Below, piece by piece: positions 9,374-18,727 of a stretch of 64,000 nucleotides of DNA. How positions within the stretch are numbered: position 1 is the first letter of the stretch; every line of letters begins with the position of its first letter. Under the pieces are notes generated by a model. The model was not told the DNA's origin. It worked only from the letters and a program-made list of their open reading frames with translations, and did no database searches. The stretch covers positions 2,962 to 66,961 of the forward strand of contig CAYRLJ010000003.1 in NCBI GenBank assembly GCA_964425025.1. The letters are read 5' to 3'. Source of the DNA: an uncultured Burkholderia sp. GTDB taxonomy: Bacteria; Pseudomonadota; Gammaproteobacteria; Burkholderiales; Burkholderiaceae. The position numbers and the translations under genes are program-made.

Positions 9374-10299
9374 CCACCATGTCCGAAGTCTCTTCGCACC
9401 GCGCCGAACCGGGGGCGCCGGACGAGCCGGTTGCCGCCGCATCGGGCGCCGCGCTGCGCAAGGCACGGCCGTGGCTGCTGCTCGCGCCGATCCTTGCGTT
9501 TCTCTCGGTGCTCGCGGCCGCGTCGCTCGTCGTCCTGCGCATGAGCTTCGGCACGAGCGGTAACGAATGGCATAGCTTCACGCTGCAGAACTACGCGAAC
9601 CTCGCCGATTCGTACTTTCTGAAGGCGCTGTGGCTCACGCTGCGGCTCGCGTTTCAAAGCATGGTGTGCGCGGTGGTGCTCGCGATCCCCGTCGCGCTGG
9701 CGATGGCGCGAACGGAATCGCGTCTGGCGCGACGCCTGCTACTCGCGGGCGTGCTGTTGCCGCTGCTCGTCAATTTGCTGCTACAGGGGTATGGCTGGTT
9801 AGTGATTCTCGGGCCCGCGGGCTTGCTCAATCACGCATTGCTAGCAAGCGGTGTGATCCAGCGTCCGATTCAATGGCTCTATCGTGAGCATGGCGTGCTG
9901 CTTGGCCTGATCCAGACAGCGTTTCCGCTTGCGGTACTGCCGTTGTCGAGCGCGATGCGCGCCGTGTCGCGCTCGTACGAAGAAGCCGCGGCAACGCTCG
10001 GCGCGACGCGCGGGCAGACGCTGCGTCACGTGACGTTGCCGCTCGCGATGCCCGGACTTGTCTCCGGCGCCCTGCTCGTTTTCGCCTACAACGCGAGCGC
10101 ATTCGCGGTGCCGCTGCTGCTCGGCGGCCGGCGCGTGCCGATGCTCGCCGTGCTGGTGCACGACCAGGTCGCACCGCTTTTGAATTGGCCGGCTGCCTCG
10201 GCATCGGGCGTGGTGCTGATGGTCGCAACGCTCGTCGTCATGGCGATCTCGCAGCGCCTCGTGCACCGTACGCAACGGATCGAGGAGCCGTCCGCATGA
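9370..10299 (+). CDS. ABC transporter permease (PotB-like)
   Basis: Hydrophobic helices; EAA loop YEEAAATLGA; ATG 9370 overlaps the upstream stop. Confidence 0.9.
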   Translation: MTTMSEVSSHRAEPGAPDEPVAAASGAALRKARPWLLLAPILAFLSVLAAASLVVLRMSFGTSGNEWHSFTLQNYANLADSYFLKALWLTLRLAFQSMVCAVVLAIPVALAMARTESRLARRLLLAGVLLPLLVNLLLQGYGWLVILGPAGLLNHALLASGVIQRPIQWLYREHGVLLGLIQTAFPLAVLPLSSAMRAVSRSYEEAAATLGATRGQTLRHVTLPLAMPGLVSGALLVFAYNASAFAVPLLLGGRRVPMLAVLVHDQVAPLLNWPAASASGVVLMVATLVVMAISQRLVHRTQRIEEPSA

Positions 10300-11165
10300 G
10301 TACCCCGAACAATTCGCTTCCTTTGTGCGCCGTGCGCCTGCCCACGACGATGCCGGGCCAGCTCGGCAAGCCTGCGGCGCTGCTTGCCGCGATCGTCCTG
10401 TTCCTCGCCGCGCTGCCGATCCTGACGATGATCGCGATGTCGTTCAGCGCGTCGGATACGCTGCAATTTCCACCGCCCGGCTACAGCCTGCAGTGGTATC
10501 GCGCGGCGTGGCATACCTTTGTCTCACCCGATGCAAGCGACGTGCTGTCAATGGGCAGCGCGCTGACCACGAGCGTGATCGTCGCGGTTTCGACGATGGT
10601 CGTCGCAACGCTCGTCTCCGTGCCGGCCGCCTATGCGCTGAGCCGCTACCGCTTTCGCGGCAAATCGGCGGTGGAGCAGCTCGTTGCGCTGCCGCTCGTG
10701 TATCCGCTCGTGATGCTCGGACTGTCGCTGCTGCTGGTGTTCAACGTGCTGCCCGTCGAACTCGGCGTGTTCCGGCTCATCATCGCGCACGTGATTCTCG
10801 TACTGCCGTTCACCGTGAAGAACTGTGCGGCGTCGGTGGCGTCGATCGGCCCGGAGTTCGAGGAAGCGGCGTGCGTGATGGGTGCCAGCCCGCGCCGAGC
10901 GCTCGTCGACGTCGTGTTGCCGCTGATGCGCCCCGGCATCCTCGCCGGCATGCTGTTCGCGTTCATCATCTCGTTCAACGAATTCACGGTGACGTTCTTT
11001 CTCTACGGCATCAACACAATGACGCTGCCTATATGGCTCTACAGCCGCACGGTGTCGTCGCTTGACCCGACGGTGTTTTCGTTCGCAGTCTTCATTGTCG
11101 TCATCGACTTCGCGCTGATCTGGCTGCTTGAAAAGCTGATTGGCGACGAAGGCGTCGCAATCTAG
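10296..11165 (+). CDS. ABC transporter permease (PotC-like)
   Basis: FPPPGYSLQWY motif; EAA loop FEEAACVMGA. Confidence 0.9.
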   Translation: MSTPNNSLPLCAVRLPTTMPGQLGKPAALLAAIVLFLAALPILTMIAMSFSASDTLQFPPPGYSLQWYRAAWHTFVSPDASDVLSMGSALTTSVIVAVSTMVVATLVSVPAAYALSRYRFRGKSAVEQLVALPLVYPLVMLGLSLLLVFNVLPVELGVFRLIIAHVILVLPFTVKNCAASVASIGPEFEEAACVMGASPRRALVDVVLPLMRPGILAGMLFAFIISFNEFTVTFFLYGINTMTLPIWLYSRTVSSLDPTVFSFAVFIVVIDFALIWLLEKLIGDEGVAI

Positions 11166-11187
11166 GCGGGCAGCCCAAGGAACCTTC

Positions 11188-12261
11188 ATGAGTCATCTAA
11201 CACTTCAGGCCGTGACCAAGCGCTTTGACACCGCCTATGCCGTCGACCACATCGACCTGAGCGTCCCGGACGGCAAGCTGGTCTGCTTTCTCGGTCCGTC
11301 CGGCTGCGGCAAGACGACGCTGCTGCGAATGATCGCTGGGCTGGAAACGCCGAGTTCCGGTAGCGTGAAATTTGCCGGCCGCGATATTACCCACCTGCCG
11401 GCGAATCGGCGCGACTTCGGCATGGTGTTCCAGTCGCTCGCGCTGTTCCCGCATATGACGGTGGCGGGGAACATCGCCTATCCACTGCGGCTGCGTAAGA
11501 CGGACAAGGCCGCACAAACACGCCGCGTCACTGAGCTGCTCGAACTGATCCAGTTGCCGCACATGGCGAATCGCCCGGTCACGCAGCTTTCCGGCGGACA
11601 GCGCCAGCGGGTGGCGATCGCCCGTGCAATTGCGTCGTCGCCGAAACTGCTGCTGCTCGACGAACCGCTGTCGGCGCTCGACGCCAAGCTGCGTGAAGCG
11701 ATGCAGGTGGACATCCGCCTGCTGCAACAGCGCCTGGGCATCACGACAATCATGGTCACGCACGACCAGCGCGAAGCGATGACGATGGCCGACGAAATCG
11801 TCGTGATGGAAAAAGGCCGCATCGCGCAGGTCGGCAAGCCGCTCGACATCTACCGCGAGCCGGTCAGCGAGTTCGTCGCAGGCTTCATCGGTCTCGGCAA
11901 CATCGTGCCGGTGACGTACGAAGGACAAGGTGCTGTGAGTCTGCCAGGCGGCCAGCACATCATCGTCACGCAGCCGGCGCGTGTGCCGCAGTCAACGACG
12001 GATATCCGGCTGCTGATCCGTCCCGAAGACGTCTGCGTGAAGCCCGCATCGAGCAGCGCCGGCCCGAATCATCTGAGCGGGACGGTCACCTTCATCCGCG
12101 ACGTAGGCGCGTCGCTCGAAGCGACGATCGACTGCGCCGGCATCACGCTAACCGCGGCGACGACGCCACGCGAGACCCCGGGGCTGATGCTCGGGATGCC
12201 GGTACTGGCCGAACTGCCGCCAACGGCCTGCAAACTGATCGCGGCGCACACGGCTCACTGA
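11188..12261 (+). CDS. ABC transporter ATP-binding protein (PotA-like)
   Basis: GPSGCGKT, LSGGQRQR, LLLDEP; TOBE-like C-terminus. Confidence 0.95.
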   Translation: MSHLTLQAVTKRFDTAYAVDHIDLSVPDGKLVCFLGPSGCGKTTLLRMIAGLETPSSGSVKFAGRDITHLPANRRDFGMVFQSLALFPHMTVAGNIAYPLRLRKTDKAAQTRRVTELLELIQLPHMANRPVTQLSGGQRQRVAIARAIASSPKLLLLDEPLSALDAKLREAMQVDIRLLQQRLGITTIMVTHDQREAMTMADEIVVMEKGRIAQVGKPLDIYREPVSEFVAGFIGLGNIVPVTYEGQGAVSLPGGQHIIVTQPARVPQSTTDIRLLIRPEDVCVKPASSSAGPNHLSGTVTFIRDVGASLEATIDCAGITLTAATTPRETPGLMLGMPVLAELPPTACKLIAAHTAH

Positions 12262-12300
12262 ATTCGAACTGACACCGATTTTTTCGACAGAGGAACAACC

Positions 12301-13125
12301 ATGGTCACCCCTCGCTCCTTCTCCTTGCTCGCCCCGCGAATCTTCGCCACGTGCGCCGCAGCGCTGGCATTTTCCGGCATGGTCACACTCTCGGCGTTTT
12401 CCCCTTCCGCCCATGCCGATGCACTGGATTCGATCGCCAAGTCCGGCGTGGTTCGGATCGGCGTATTCGAGGACTATCCGCCGTTTGGCTCGATCGGACC
12501 GGACATGAAGCCCGAGGGCTACGACATCGACGTCGCCAATCTGATCGGCAAGGCCTTGAACGCGAAGGTCGAACTCGTCCAGGTGACAGGCGACAACCGC
12601 ATGGCGTATCTCGCGGATCATAAAGCGGACATGCTGCTTTCCGTCGGCGAGACGCCGGAGCGCGAGAAGGTGATCGACTTCTCGCAGCCGTATGCACCGT
12701 ACTACCTTGCTGTGTTCGGCCCGAAGACGCTGGTCGTGAAGAATGCGAATGACCTCGGCGGGAAGACGATTTCGGTCGCCCGTGGGACGCTCGAAGACCT
12801 GAGCGTCACCAAGATTGCGCCACCGAGCGCCACGATCAAGCGTTTCGACGATCCGAACGGTGCGATTTCCGCATTCCTCTCCGGACAGGCCCAGTTGATG
12901 GTGGTCGGCAACGACGTCGGTGCGACGATCCTTGCGCGTCATCCCGCGAACGATCCGGAGCAGAAGTTCGCGCTGTTCAGCTCGCCGGATCACGTTGGCC
13001 TGAACAAGAACGAGCCGCGTCTGAAACAGAAAGTCGATGAGACGATCGCGCGCTCCCGCAAGGACGGCACGCTGAACGCGATTTCGCAGAAGTGGCTGCG
13101 CACGCCGCTGCCCACCAATCTCTGA
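12301..13125 (+). CDS. Polar amino acid ABC transporter substrate-binding protein
   Basis: Signal peptide; DYPPFG, GYDIDVA and IDFSQPY motifs (SBP family 3). Confidence 0.92.
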   Translation: MVTPRSFSLLAPRIFATCAAALAFSGMVTLSAFSPSAHADALDSIAKSGVVRIGVFEDYPPFGSIGPDMKPEGYDIDVANLIGKALNAKVELVQVTGDNRMAYLADHKADMLLSVGETPEREKVIDFSQPYAPYYLAVFGPKTLVVKNANDLGGKTISVARGTLEDLSVTKIAPPSATIKRFDDPNGAISAFLSGQAQLMVVGNDVGATILARHPANDPEQKFALFSSPDHVGLNKNEPRLKQKVDETIARSRKDGTLNAISQKWLRTPLPTNL

Positions 13126-13171
13126 CGACCGGCCTTGCGGACTAGCCCCACCTGACCACGAGCAGCACGTC

Positions 13172-13924
13172 ATGACCTATGTATTCGATTTCAGCGGCTT
13201 CGGCTTCTACGCGGGCTTGCTCGCGCGGGGTGTGGCTGTCACGCTTGGACTTACAGCGGCGTCGACGGTGCTAGGTGGCCTGATCGGTATCGCGGGCGCC
13301 AGCGCCAGCGTTGCAGGGCCGCGCTGGGCTCGTTCGCTGGTCGGCGCGTATGTCGAGCTAATCCGCAACACGCCATTTCTCGTGCAGCTGTTTTTCGTGT
13401 TTTTCGGACTGCCCGGTCTCGGCATTCGTATCGACGAGGTGCAGGCCGCGATCCTCGCGATGACGATCAATCTCGGCGCTTACGCGACCGAGATCGTGCG
13501 TGCCGGTATCGGCTCGATTCCGCGCGGCCAGGTCCAGGCCGCGCAAGCCTTGGGCCTGCATGGACGCCAGGTGTTCCGCCATGTGGTGCTTCCGCAGGCA
13601 TTGGCCAACGTGTTTCCGGCGCTGCTGGGCCAGGTGCTGATCGTCATGCTCGGCTCCGCCGTGGTATCGCAGATCTCGGTGCCCGATTTGACGTATGCGG
13701 CCAATTTCATTCAGTCGCGCAACTTCCGGTCGTTCGAGAGCTACCTGATCATCACCGCGATCTATTTGCTGCTGTCGATCGTTTTGCGCCGGTTCGTGAA
13801 CCGGCTGGGACGCGGCCTCTTCGCGGGACGCGCAGGACGCACGCCACGCACGCGCAATGCACGGGGCAACTGGCGGACGCTGTTCACCTCGCGCGGCGCA
13901 CGCACTCTTCCGACGGAGCGCTGA
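13172..13924 (+). CDS. Amino acid ABC transporter permease
   Basis: YVELIRNTPFLVQ and AYATEIVRAG HisM-type motifs. Confidence 0.93.
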   Translation: MTYVFDFSGFGFYAGLLARGVAVTLGLTAASTVLGGLIGIAGASASVAGPRWARSLVGAYVELIRNTPFLVQLFFVFFGLPGLGIRIDEVQAAILAMTINLGAYATEIVRAGIGSIPRGQVQAAQALGLHGRQVFRHVVLPQALANVFPALLGQVLIVMLGSAVVSQISVPDLTYAANFIQSRNFRSFESYLIITAIYLLLSIVLRRFVNRLGRGLFAGRAGRTPRTRNARGNWRTLFTSRGARTLPTER

Positions 13925-13926
13925 CC

Positions 13927-14583
13927 ATGAGCGAATTCACCCTGTGGGATATCGCGCGCAACCTGCTGCTCGCCGCACGCTGGACCGCGTGGCTGTCCCT
14001 GATCGCTTTCGTGTGCGGCGGTGCGGTCGGCTTGCTACTGCTGGCGATGCGCGTGTCGCCGCTGTCATGGCTGCGCCGGGTCGTCTCGCTCTATGTCGAA
14101 CTGTTCCAGGGCACGCCGCTGCTGATGCAACTCTTCCTCGCCTTCTTCGGCCTGCCGTTACTGGGCGTGGACGTGTCCGCATGGATTGCAGCCACTGTCA
14201 CGCTGACGCTCTACACCAGCGCGTATCTCGCCGATATCTGGCGCGGCTGCGTGGAAGCCGTGCCGCGCGGCCAGTGGGCAGCGGGTGCGAGTCTAGGCAT
14301 GACGTTCGGCCAGCAGTTGCGCTACATCGTCTGGCCGCAGGCGAGAAAGATCGCGGTCGCGCCGACCGTCGGCTTTCTGGTGCAGGTGGTCAAGAGCACC
14401 GCGCTGACGTCGATCATCGGGTTCACCGAACTGACTAAGACCGGCACGATGATCACCAACACCGCGTTCCGCCCGTTTCCGATCTATGGGATGGTTGCGC
14501 TGATCTACTTCGCGATGTGCTACCCGCTGACGTGGTACGCGCGCAGGCTAGAGAAGGCGCAACGCGTGCGTGCCCACCGGTGA
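13927..14583 (+). CDS. Amino acid ABC transporter permease
   Basis: YVELFQGTPLLMQ motif; HisM-type. Confidence 0.93.
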   Translation: MSEFTLWDIARNLLLAARWTAWLSLIAFVCGGAVGLLLLAMRVSPLSWLRRVVSLYVELFQGTPLLMQLFLAFFGLPLLGVDVSAWIAATVTLTLYTSAYLADIWRGCVEAVPRGQWAAGASLGMTFGQQLRYIVWPQARKIAVAPTVGFLVQVVKSTALTSIIGFTELTKTGTMITNTAFRPFPIYGMVALIYFAMCYPLTWYARRLEKAQRVRAHR

Positions 14584-14611
14584 CAATCGTCTTTCATGAA
14601 TGGATTTCACG

Positions 14612-15337
14612 ATGATCTCAATCAGCAATGTTTCGAAGTGGTATGGACATTTCCAGGTGCTGACTGACTGCACGACGGAAGTGAAAAAAGGCGAAGTGGT
14701 CGTCGTGTGCGGTCCCTCGGGTTCGGGCAAGTCAACCCTCATCAAGACGGTGAACGGCCTCGAGCCGTTCCAGAAGGGTGAGATCGCAATCAACGGCCAG
14801 TCGGTCGGCGACAAGAAGACCAACCTGTCGAAGCTGCGGGCGAAAGTCGGCATGGTGTTCCAGCACTTCGAACTGTTCCCGCACTTGTCGATCACCGAAA
14901 ACCTGACGCTCGCGCAGATGAAGGTTCTCGACCGTTCGAAGGACGAAGCGGTAGCGAAGGCGCTGAAGCTATTGGATCGCGTCGGTCTTCGTGCGCACGC
15001 GGACAAGTACCCGGCGCAATTGTCAGGCGGTCAGCAACAGCGAGTGGCGATCGCGCGCGCGCTTTCGATGGACCCGATCGCGATGCTTTTCGACGAACCG
15101 ACCTCAGCGCTCGATCCAGAGATGATTAACGAGGTGCTTGACGTGATGGTCGAACTCGCGAAGGACGGTATGACGATGATGTGCGTGACGCACGAAATGG
15201 GCTTTGCGAAGAAGGTCGCTCACCGCGTGATCTTCATGGACAAGGGCGTAATCGTCGAAGACGACCGCAAGGAAGAATTCTTCGCGAACCCGAAGTCCGA
15301 TCGCGCGAAGGATTTTCTCGCGAAGATCCTGCACTAA
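14612..15337 (+). CDS. Amino acid ABC transporter ATP-binding protein (GlnQ-like)
   Basis: [27 protein letters not shown]. Confidence 0.95.
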   Translation: MISISNVSKWYGHFQVLTDCTTEVKKGEVVVVCGPSGSGKSTLIKTVNGLEPFQKGEIAINGQSVGDKKTNLSKLRAKVGMVFQHFELFPHLSITENLTLAQMKVLDRSKDEAVAKALKLLDRVGLRAHADKYPAQLSGGQQQRVAIARALSMDPIAMLFDEPTSALDPEMINEVLDVMVELAKDGMTMMCVTHEMGFAKKVAHRVIFMDKGVIVEDDRKEEFFANPKSDRAKDFLAKILH

Positions 15338-15387
15338 CCTCCCGGACATCAGGACGCGGGCCGGCCCATAGATCAGCCGCTGTGTCA

Positions 15388-15778
15388 TCAAACCTCGGTC
15401 TGCTCCGCCATCTCGAGGGCATCGTCGACCTCGATTCCAAGGTAGCGAACCGTGCTTTCCAGCTTCGTGTGTCCGAGCAGCAACTGCACGGCCCGAAGGC
15501 TCTTCGTCCGGCGGTAGATCAGCGAAGCTTTTTGCGGCGCATCGTGTGGGCACCGTATGCGGTATCGTCGAGGCCAATCGATGGACCCGCAAGCGCGTAA
15601 GGTCGCACGCCCGCAGCTTGCTATCAATTACCAGATTGAACATCGCCAGCTCACGAACGTTCGACGCCATTTGAAGCCTCGTCCGGATCGCCCAGATTTC
15701 CCGAAGCGGCTTCTGTCCGGTGAGCTTGCCTTTGTTCCACGGCACGCGGTGGACAACCACGACATTCTCGGATTCCAT
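15388..15778 (-). pseudogene. Decayed small tyrosine recombinase/integrase
   Basis: Pieces in different frames: PWNKGKLTGQK..DSKLRACDL (catalytic R), YGAHTMRR (HxxR), QLLLGHTKLESTVRYLG (H, Y); only 391 nt, implying an internal deletion plus frameshifts. Confidence 0.88.
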
Positions 15779-15780
15779 GG

Positions 15781-15808
15781 CAATCTCCTTTCAATCGAAT
15801 GGAGATTG
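15781..15808 (-). promoter_or_regulatory. Hairpin sequestering the recombinase ribosome-binding site
   Basis: Minus-strand leader CAATCTCC-A-TTC-GATT-GAA-A-GGAGATTG-CC-ATG; the GGAG RBS lies inside an 8 bp perfect stem. Confidence 0.6.
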
Positions 15809-15824
15809 AGTGTGCGCCGCGTCG

Positions 15825-15903
15825 GGCGGTCGCAGCCCGACCCACACCAGACAATTGGACGCCCGCCAGGTGACGACCGCTTTCAGATCGGCTCCGACAT
15901 CCG
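15825..15903. repeat. Pair of degenerate ~30 bp palindromic sites (A, B)
   Basis: GGCGGTCGCAGCCCGACCCACACCAGACAAT (15825-15855) and GACGACCGCTTTCAGATCGGCTCCGACATC (15872-15901). Confidence 0.45.
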
Positions 15904-15950
15904 ATCACGATAAGCCGCTGCTGCATATTGCACATCAAGTCTCAAGCGTT

Positions 15951-16886
15951 TCAAGTTTCGGCGTTCTCGAAGAAATACGCTGGCACGTCCGGCCCCCACA
16001 GATACAGAGAGTCTTCGGGCGGATGGTTGCCGCTGGGCCACTCAGTGCCCGCTCCGACGTAGTCGATATCGGCCGAGTATTCCCAGAACGAGCCCCACGG
16101 GTCCCGCACATACTGAAAGTAGTTTGATCCGAGCACGTGGCGTCCCACGCCCCATCCGTCGACATAGCCCGCCCGCTGCATCTGCATTTTGCCGAGGCCG
16201 ACCGCTTCGATTTCCGGGACATCCCATGCGCTGTGATGCCAGCCCTTCGTTGCGCTGTGGGCGAATGCTACCAGGTGATGATCGCTGCCGTAGCGCGCGT
16301 GCAGGAACGCTACGATACCCTCGGACCCGTCGGACAGCGTGAGGCCCAGTGCGCGTTCGTAGAAGTCGACCGCTTCGCGTACGTCCGGCGTGAACATCAG
16401 GACGTGAGAAAGCCGCGTGGGCTGGGTGAGGGGCGCGTCGGCGCGAGCGCACGCGCCGCGCGAACGCAAGGGCGCGGATTCCCGGGACGAAAGCGGCTTG
16501 CAGCCGGGTGACGTCTTCACACCCGCCTTGAGTTGCAACAGGTTGCCATCCGGATCGTGGAACCAGAAGCCGTCGTCGGGCGCGAGCCGTGCGGGCGCGG
16601 CGGCCTTCGCGCCGGCCGCAAGGATCTGCTCGCATAGCGGCGCGAAGTCGTCCGCGAAACAGTTCAGCGCGAGATACGCGAGCTGCTTGTGCGTGCCCTC
16701 CCGGACCTTCGCCCACACGTGAGCGTTGTGCGGCGTGCGCAGCAGCAACTCGCCCGGCCGCGACTCCAACTCGAAGCCGAAGGCGTCGAGGAAGCGCGTG
16801 GCCTCCTCGAGACCCGGCACATCGAGCGCGAAATGATCGATCGAATGAATGCCGAAACGCGCGCGCTTGATCGTCGTCGATGTCAT
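15951..16886 (-). CDS. VOC-family two-domain protein, extradiol dioxygenase-like
   Basis: HSIDHFAL, RLSHVL, SDHHLVA, HHSAW, WGVGRHVLGSNYFQYVRDPWG..EY. Confidence 0.88.
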   Translation of the reverse strand: MTSTTIKRARFGIHSIDHFALDVPGLEEATRFLDAFGFELESRPGELLLRTPHNAHVWAKVREGTHKQLAYLALNCFADDFAPLCEQILAAGAKAAAPARLAPDDGFWFHDPDGNLLQLKAGVKTSPGCKPLSSRESAPLRSRGACARADAPLTQPTRLSHVLMFTPDVREAVDFYERALGLTLSDGSEGIVAFLHARYGSDHHLVAFAHSATKGWHHSAWDVPEIEAVGLGKMQMQRAGYVDGWGVGRHVLGSNYFQYVRDPWGSFWEYSADIDYVGAGTEWPSGNHPPEDSLYLWGPDVPAYFFENAET

Positions 16887-16902
16887 GAACTCAACTCCCG
16901 TG

Positions 16903-18696
16903 TCAGGCGGCCACGCCGCTCGCATGCGCCTGCGCGCCGCTCGTTGCGCGCGGTGCGACGCCCAGCACCTGGGTCAGCACGCGCCGCAGTTCCCTCGCGG
17001 GATCCGCCGCGCGCGCGTTGCAGCGCCAGGCGACGAAGCGGTCCGGCCGCACGAGCACGCAGCCATCGTCTTCGATTTCGCGTTGAGCGGCCCACTGGCC
17101 GTATGCATCGAAGGTATGGGTCGCGTGCGCGATCGACACCGCATCGATCCTGATGCCGAACTCGCCGCCCACCTGCAGCGCCGCATCGAGCCAGGCCTGG
17201 CCACCCCTGCCGGTCAGCACCGTGAACACCCCGTTGCCGACCAGATCCAGCGTCGATACCTTCTCGCCCTCGCGCTCGATCCACGCATGCGGAAGATACG
17301 CGCCGGGCGTCGTCGTGGGGTGGTAATACAGCTCGGGGTCGCGCAGCGCGGCGGGAAAGGTCGCGCCGTCGCGCACGATCGCAGCCGATTCGTAGCGCTG
17401 CCCCAACTCGACGCCATGACAGTTGAACTGATAGTTCTGCTGCTCGACAGCCTGCGCGAGCGCTTTGCGGCGTGCCTTGCCAGTTTCGCTGTCCGAGAAC
17501 AGCTCGTCGAGAGAGGCCCAGCCTTCCGCAGCGCTTTGCCCTTGCGAGAAGCCGAGGGCACTCGCAATCGGCAGCATCTCGCCAACCGATTTGATCGCCC
17601 GGTTCACGACGCCCTGGGCAACCGGCTGACGCTCGTCCGAGTATGTTTGCAGGAGCGCGGGCGATGCCTCGCCTTTGACGATCATCGCGAGTTTCCACGC
17701 GAGATTGAACGCATCCTGCACCGATGTATTCGAGCCGAGCCCGTTAGCCGGCGGATGCCGGTGTGCGGCGTCGCCGGCGATCACAACGCGGCCCTTGACC
17801 ATGGTGCGCGCGACCATCCGGTTGATGGTCCACTTCGAAACGGCCTTCACGCGGACGGGGATGTCGGCCTCGCCGATGGTGGCGCGGGCGCGCGCGATCA
17901 CGGCTTCCTCGCTGAGATCTGGCTCGCCCTCTTTCGGGTCGTACATGAAGAGCAGAACCCATTCGTTCCACGGGCGCACGCAGATCCAGGTGCCGCTGCC
18001 CACCCAATAGTCGCTGCCCGGCTGGGTCATCCAGTACAGCACGCCGGGGCGATGCGCCGTGTACTTCGTCAGATCGACTTCCAGCCAGCAGTTGACCGCG
18101 CAGCCCAATCCCATCTCGCCGTCCATCTCGAAGCCGAGATCCCGAACGACTACGCTTTGTGCGCCATCCGCGCCCACTGCATAGTCGGAAATCACTTCGA
18201 TTTCCTCACCAGTCACGCGATCGACGAGCCGCGAGTAAACGGCTTCTTCTGTCTGCCGGATGGACACCAGCTCCGTATTGAAGAGCATCTGCGCACCATA
18301 TTCGCGCGCCGCTGCGAGGATGACCGGTTCGAGCAGGTGCTGCGGCGCATTGCACATCTGTGACGGGCTCGCCGCCTCGTAGTCGGACTTGCGGCCGACG
18401 CCGGTGCCCCATGTCTGCAGCCTCGCGAGTTCCGCGCCGGCAAAGCTTGTGGCCCACACATTGTTCGACATCAGCTCGTGGGGCGTGGCGAGGGCGCGCA
18501 CGCGTTCCTCGATGCCCAGATCGCGAAACACCTCGACGGTGCGCTGATTCGTGATGTGCGCGCGAGGCGAATGGGCAGTGCCGGGATAGCGTGTGATCGC
18601 CAGCACCTCGACGCCGTATTTCGCCAGCAGTGCGGCGGCCGTGAGTCCAGCGGGGCCCGCTCCCACCACGAAAACCGGGACGCGAATCTTTTTCAT
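16903..18696 (-). CDS. FAD-dependent phenol monooxygenase (TfdB-like)
   Basis: GAGPAG, PRAHITNQRTVE, GADG, AGDAAHRHPPANGLGSNTSVQDAFNLAWKL, LVRPD; RBS GAAGGAGG before ATG 18696. Confidence 0.9.
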   Translation of the reverse strand: MKKIRVPVFVVGAGPAGLTAAALLAKYGVEVLAITRYPGTAHSPRAHITNQRTVEVFRDLGIEERVRALATPHELMSNNVWATSFAGAELARLQTWGTGVGRKSDYEAASPSQMCNAPQHLLEPVILAAAREYGAQMLFNTELVSIRQTEEAVYSRLVDRVTGEEIEVISDYAVGADGAQSVVVRDLGFEMDGEMGLGCAVNCWLEVDLTKYTAHRPGVLYWMTQPGSDYWVGSGTWICVRPWNEWVLLFMYDPKEGEPDLSEEAVIARARATIGEADIPVRVKAVSKWTINRMVARTMVKGRVVIAGDAAHRHPPANGLGSNTSVQDAFNLAWKLAMIVKGEASPALLQTYSDERQPVAQGVVNRAIKSVGEMLPIASALGFSQGQSAAEGWASLDELFSDSETGKARRKALAQAVEQQNYQFNCHGVELGQRYESAAIVRDGATFPAALRDPELYYHPTTTPGAYLPHAWIEREGEKVSTLDLVGNGVFTVLTGRGGQAWLDAALQVGGEFGIRIDAVSIAHATHTFDAYGQWAAQREIEDDGCVLVRPDRFVAWRCNARAADPARELRRVLTQVLGVAPRATSGAQAHASGVAA

Positions 18697-18727
18697 GTCT
18701 CCTCCTTCAGGGGATTTCGACGATCGT

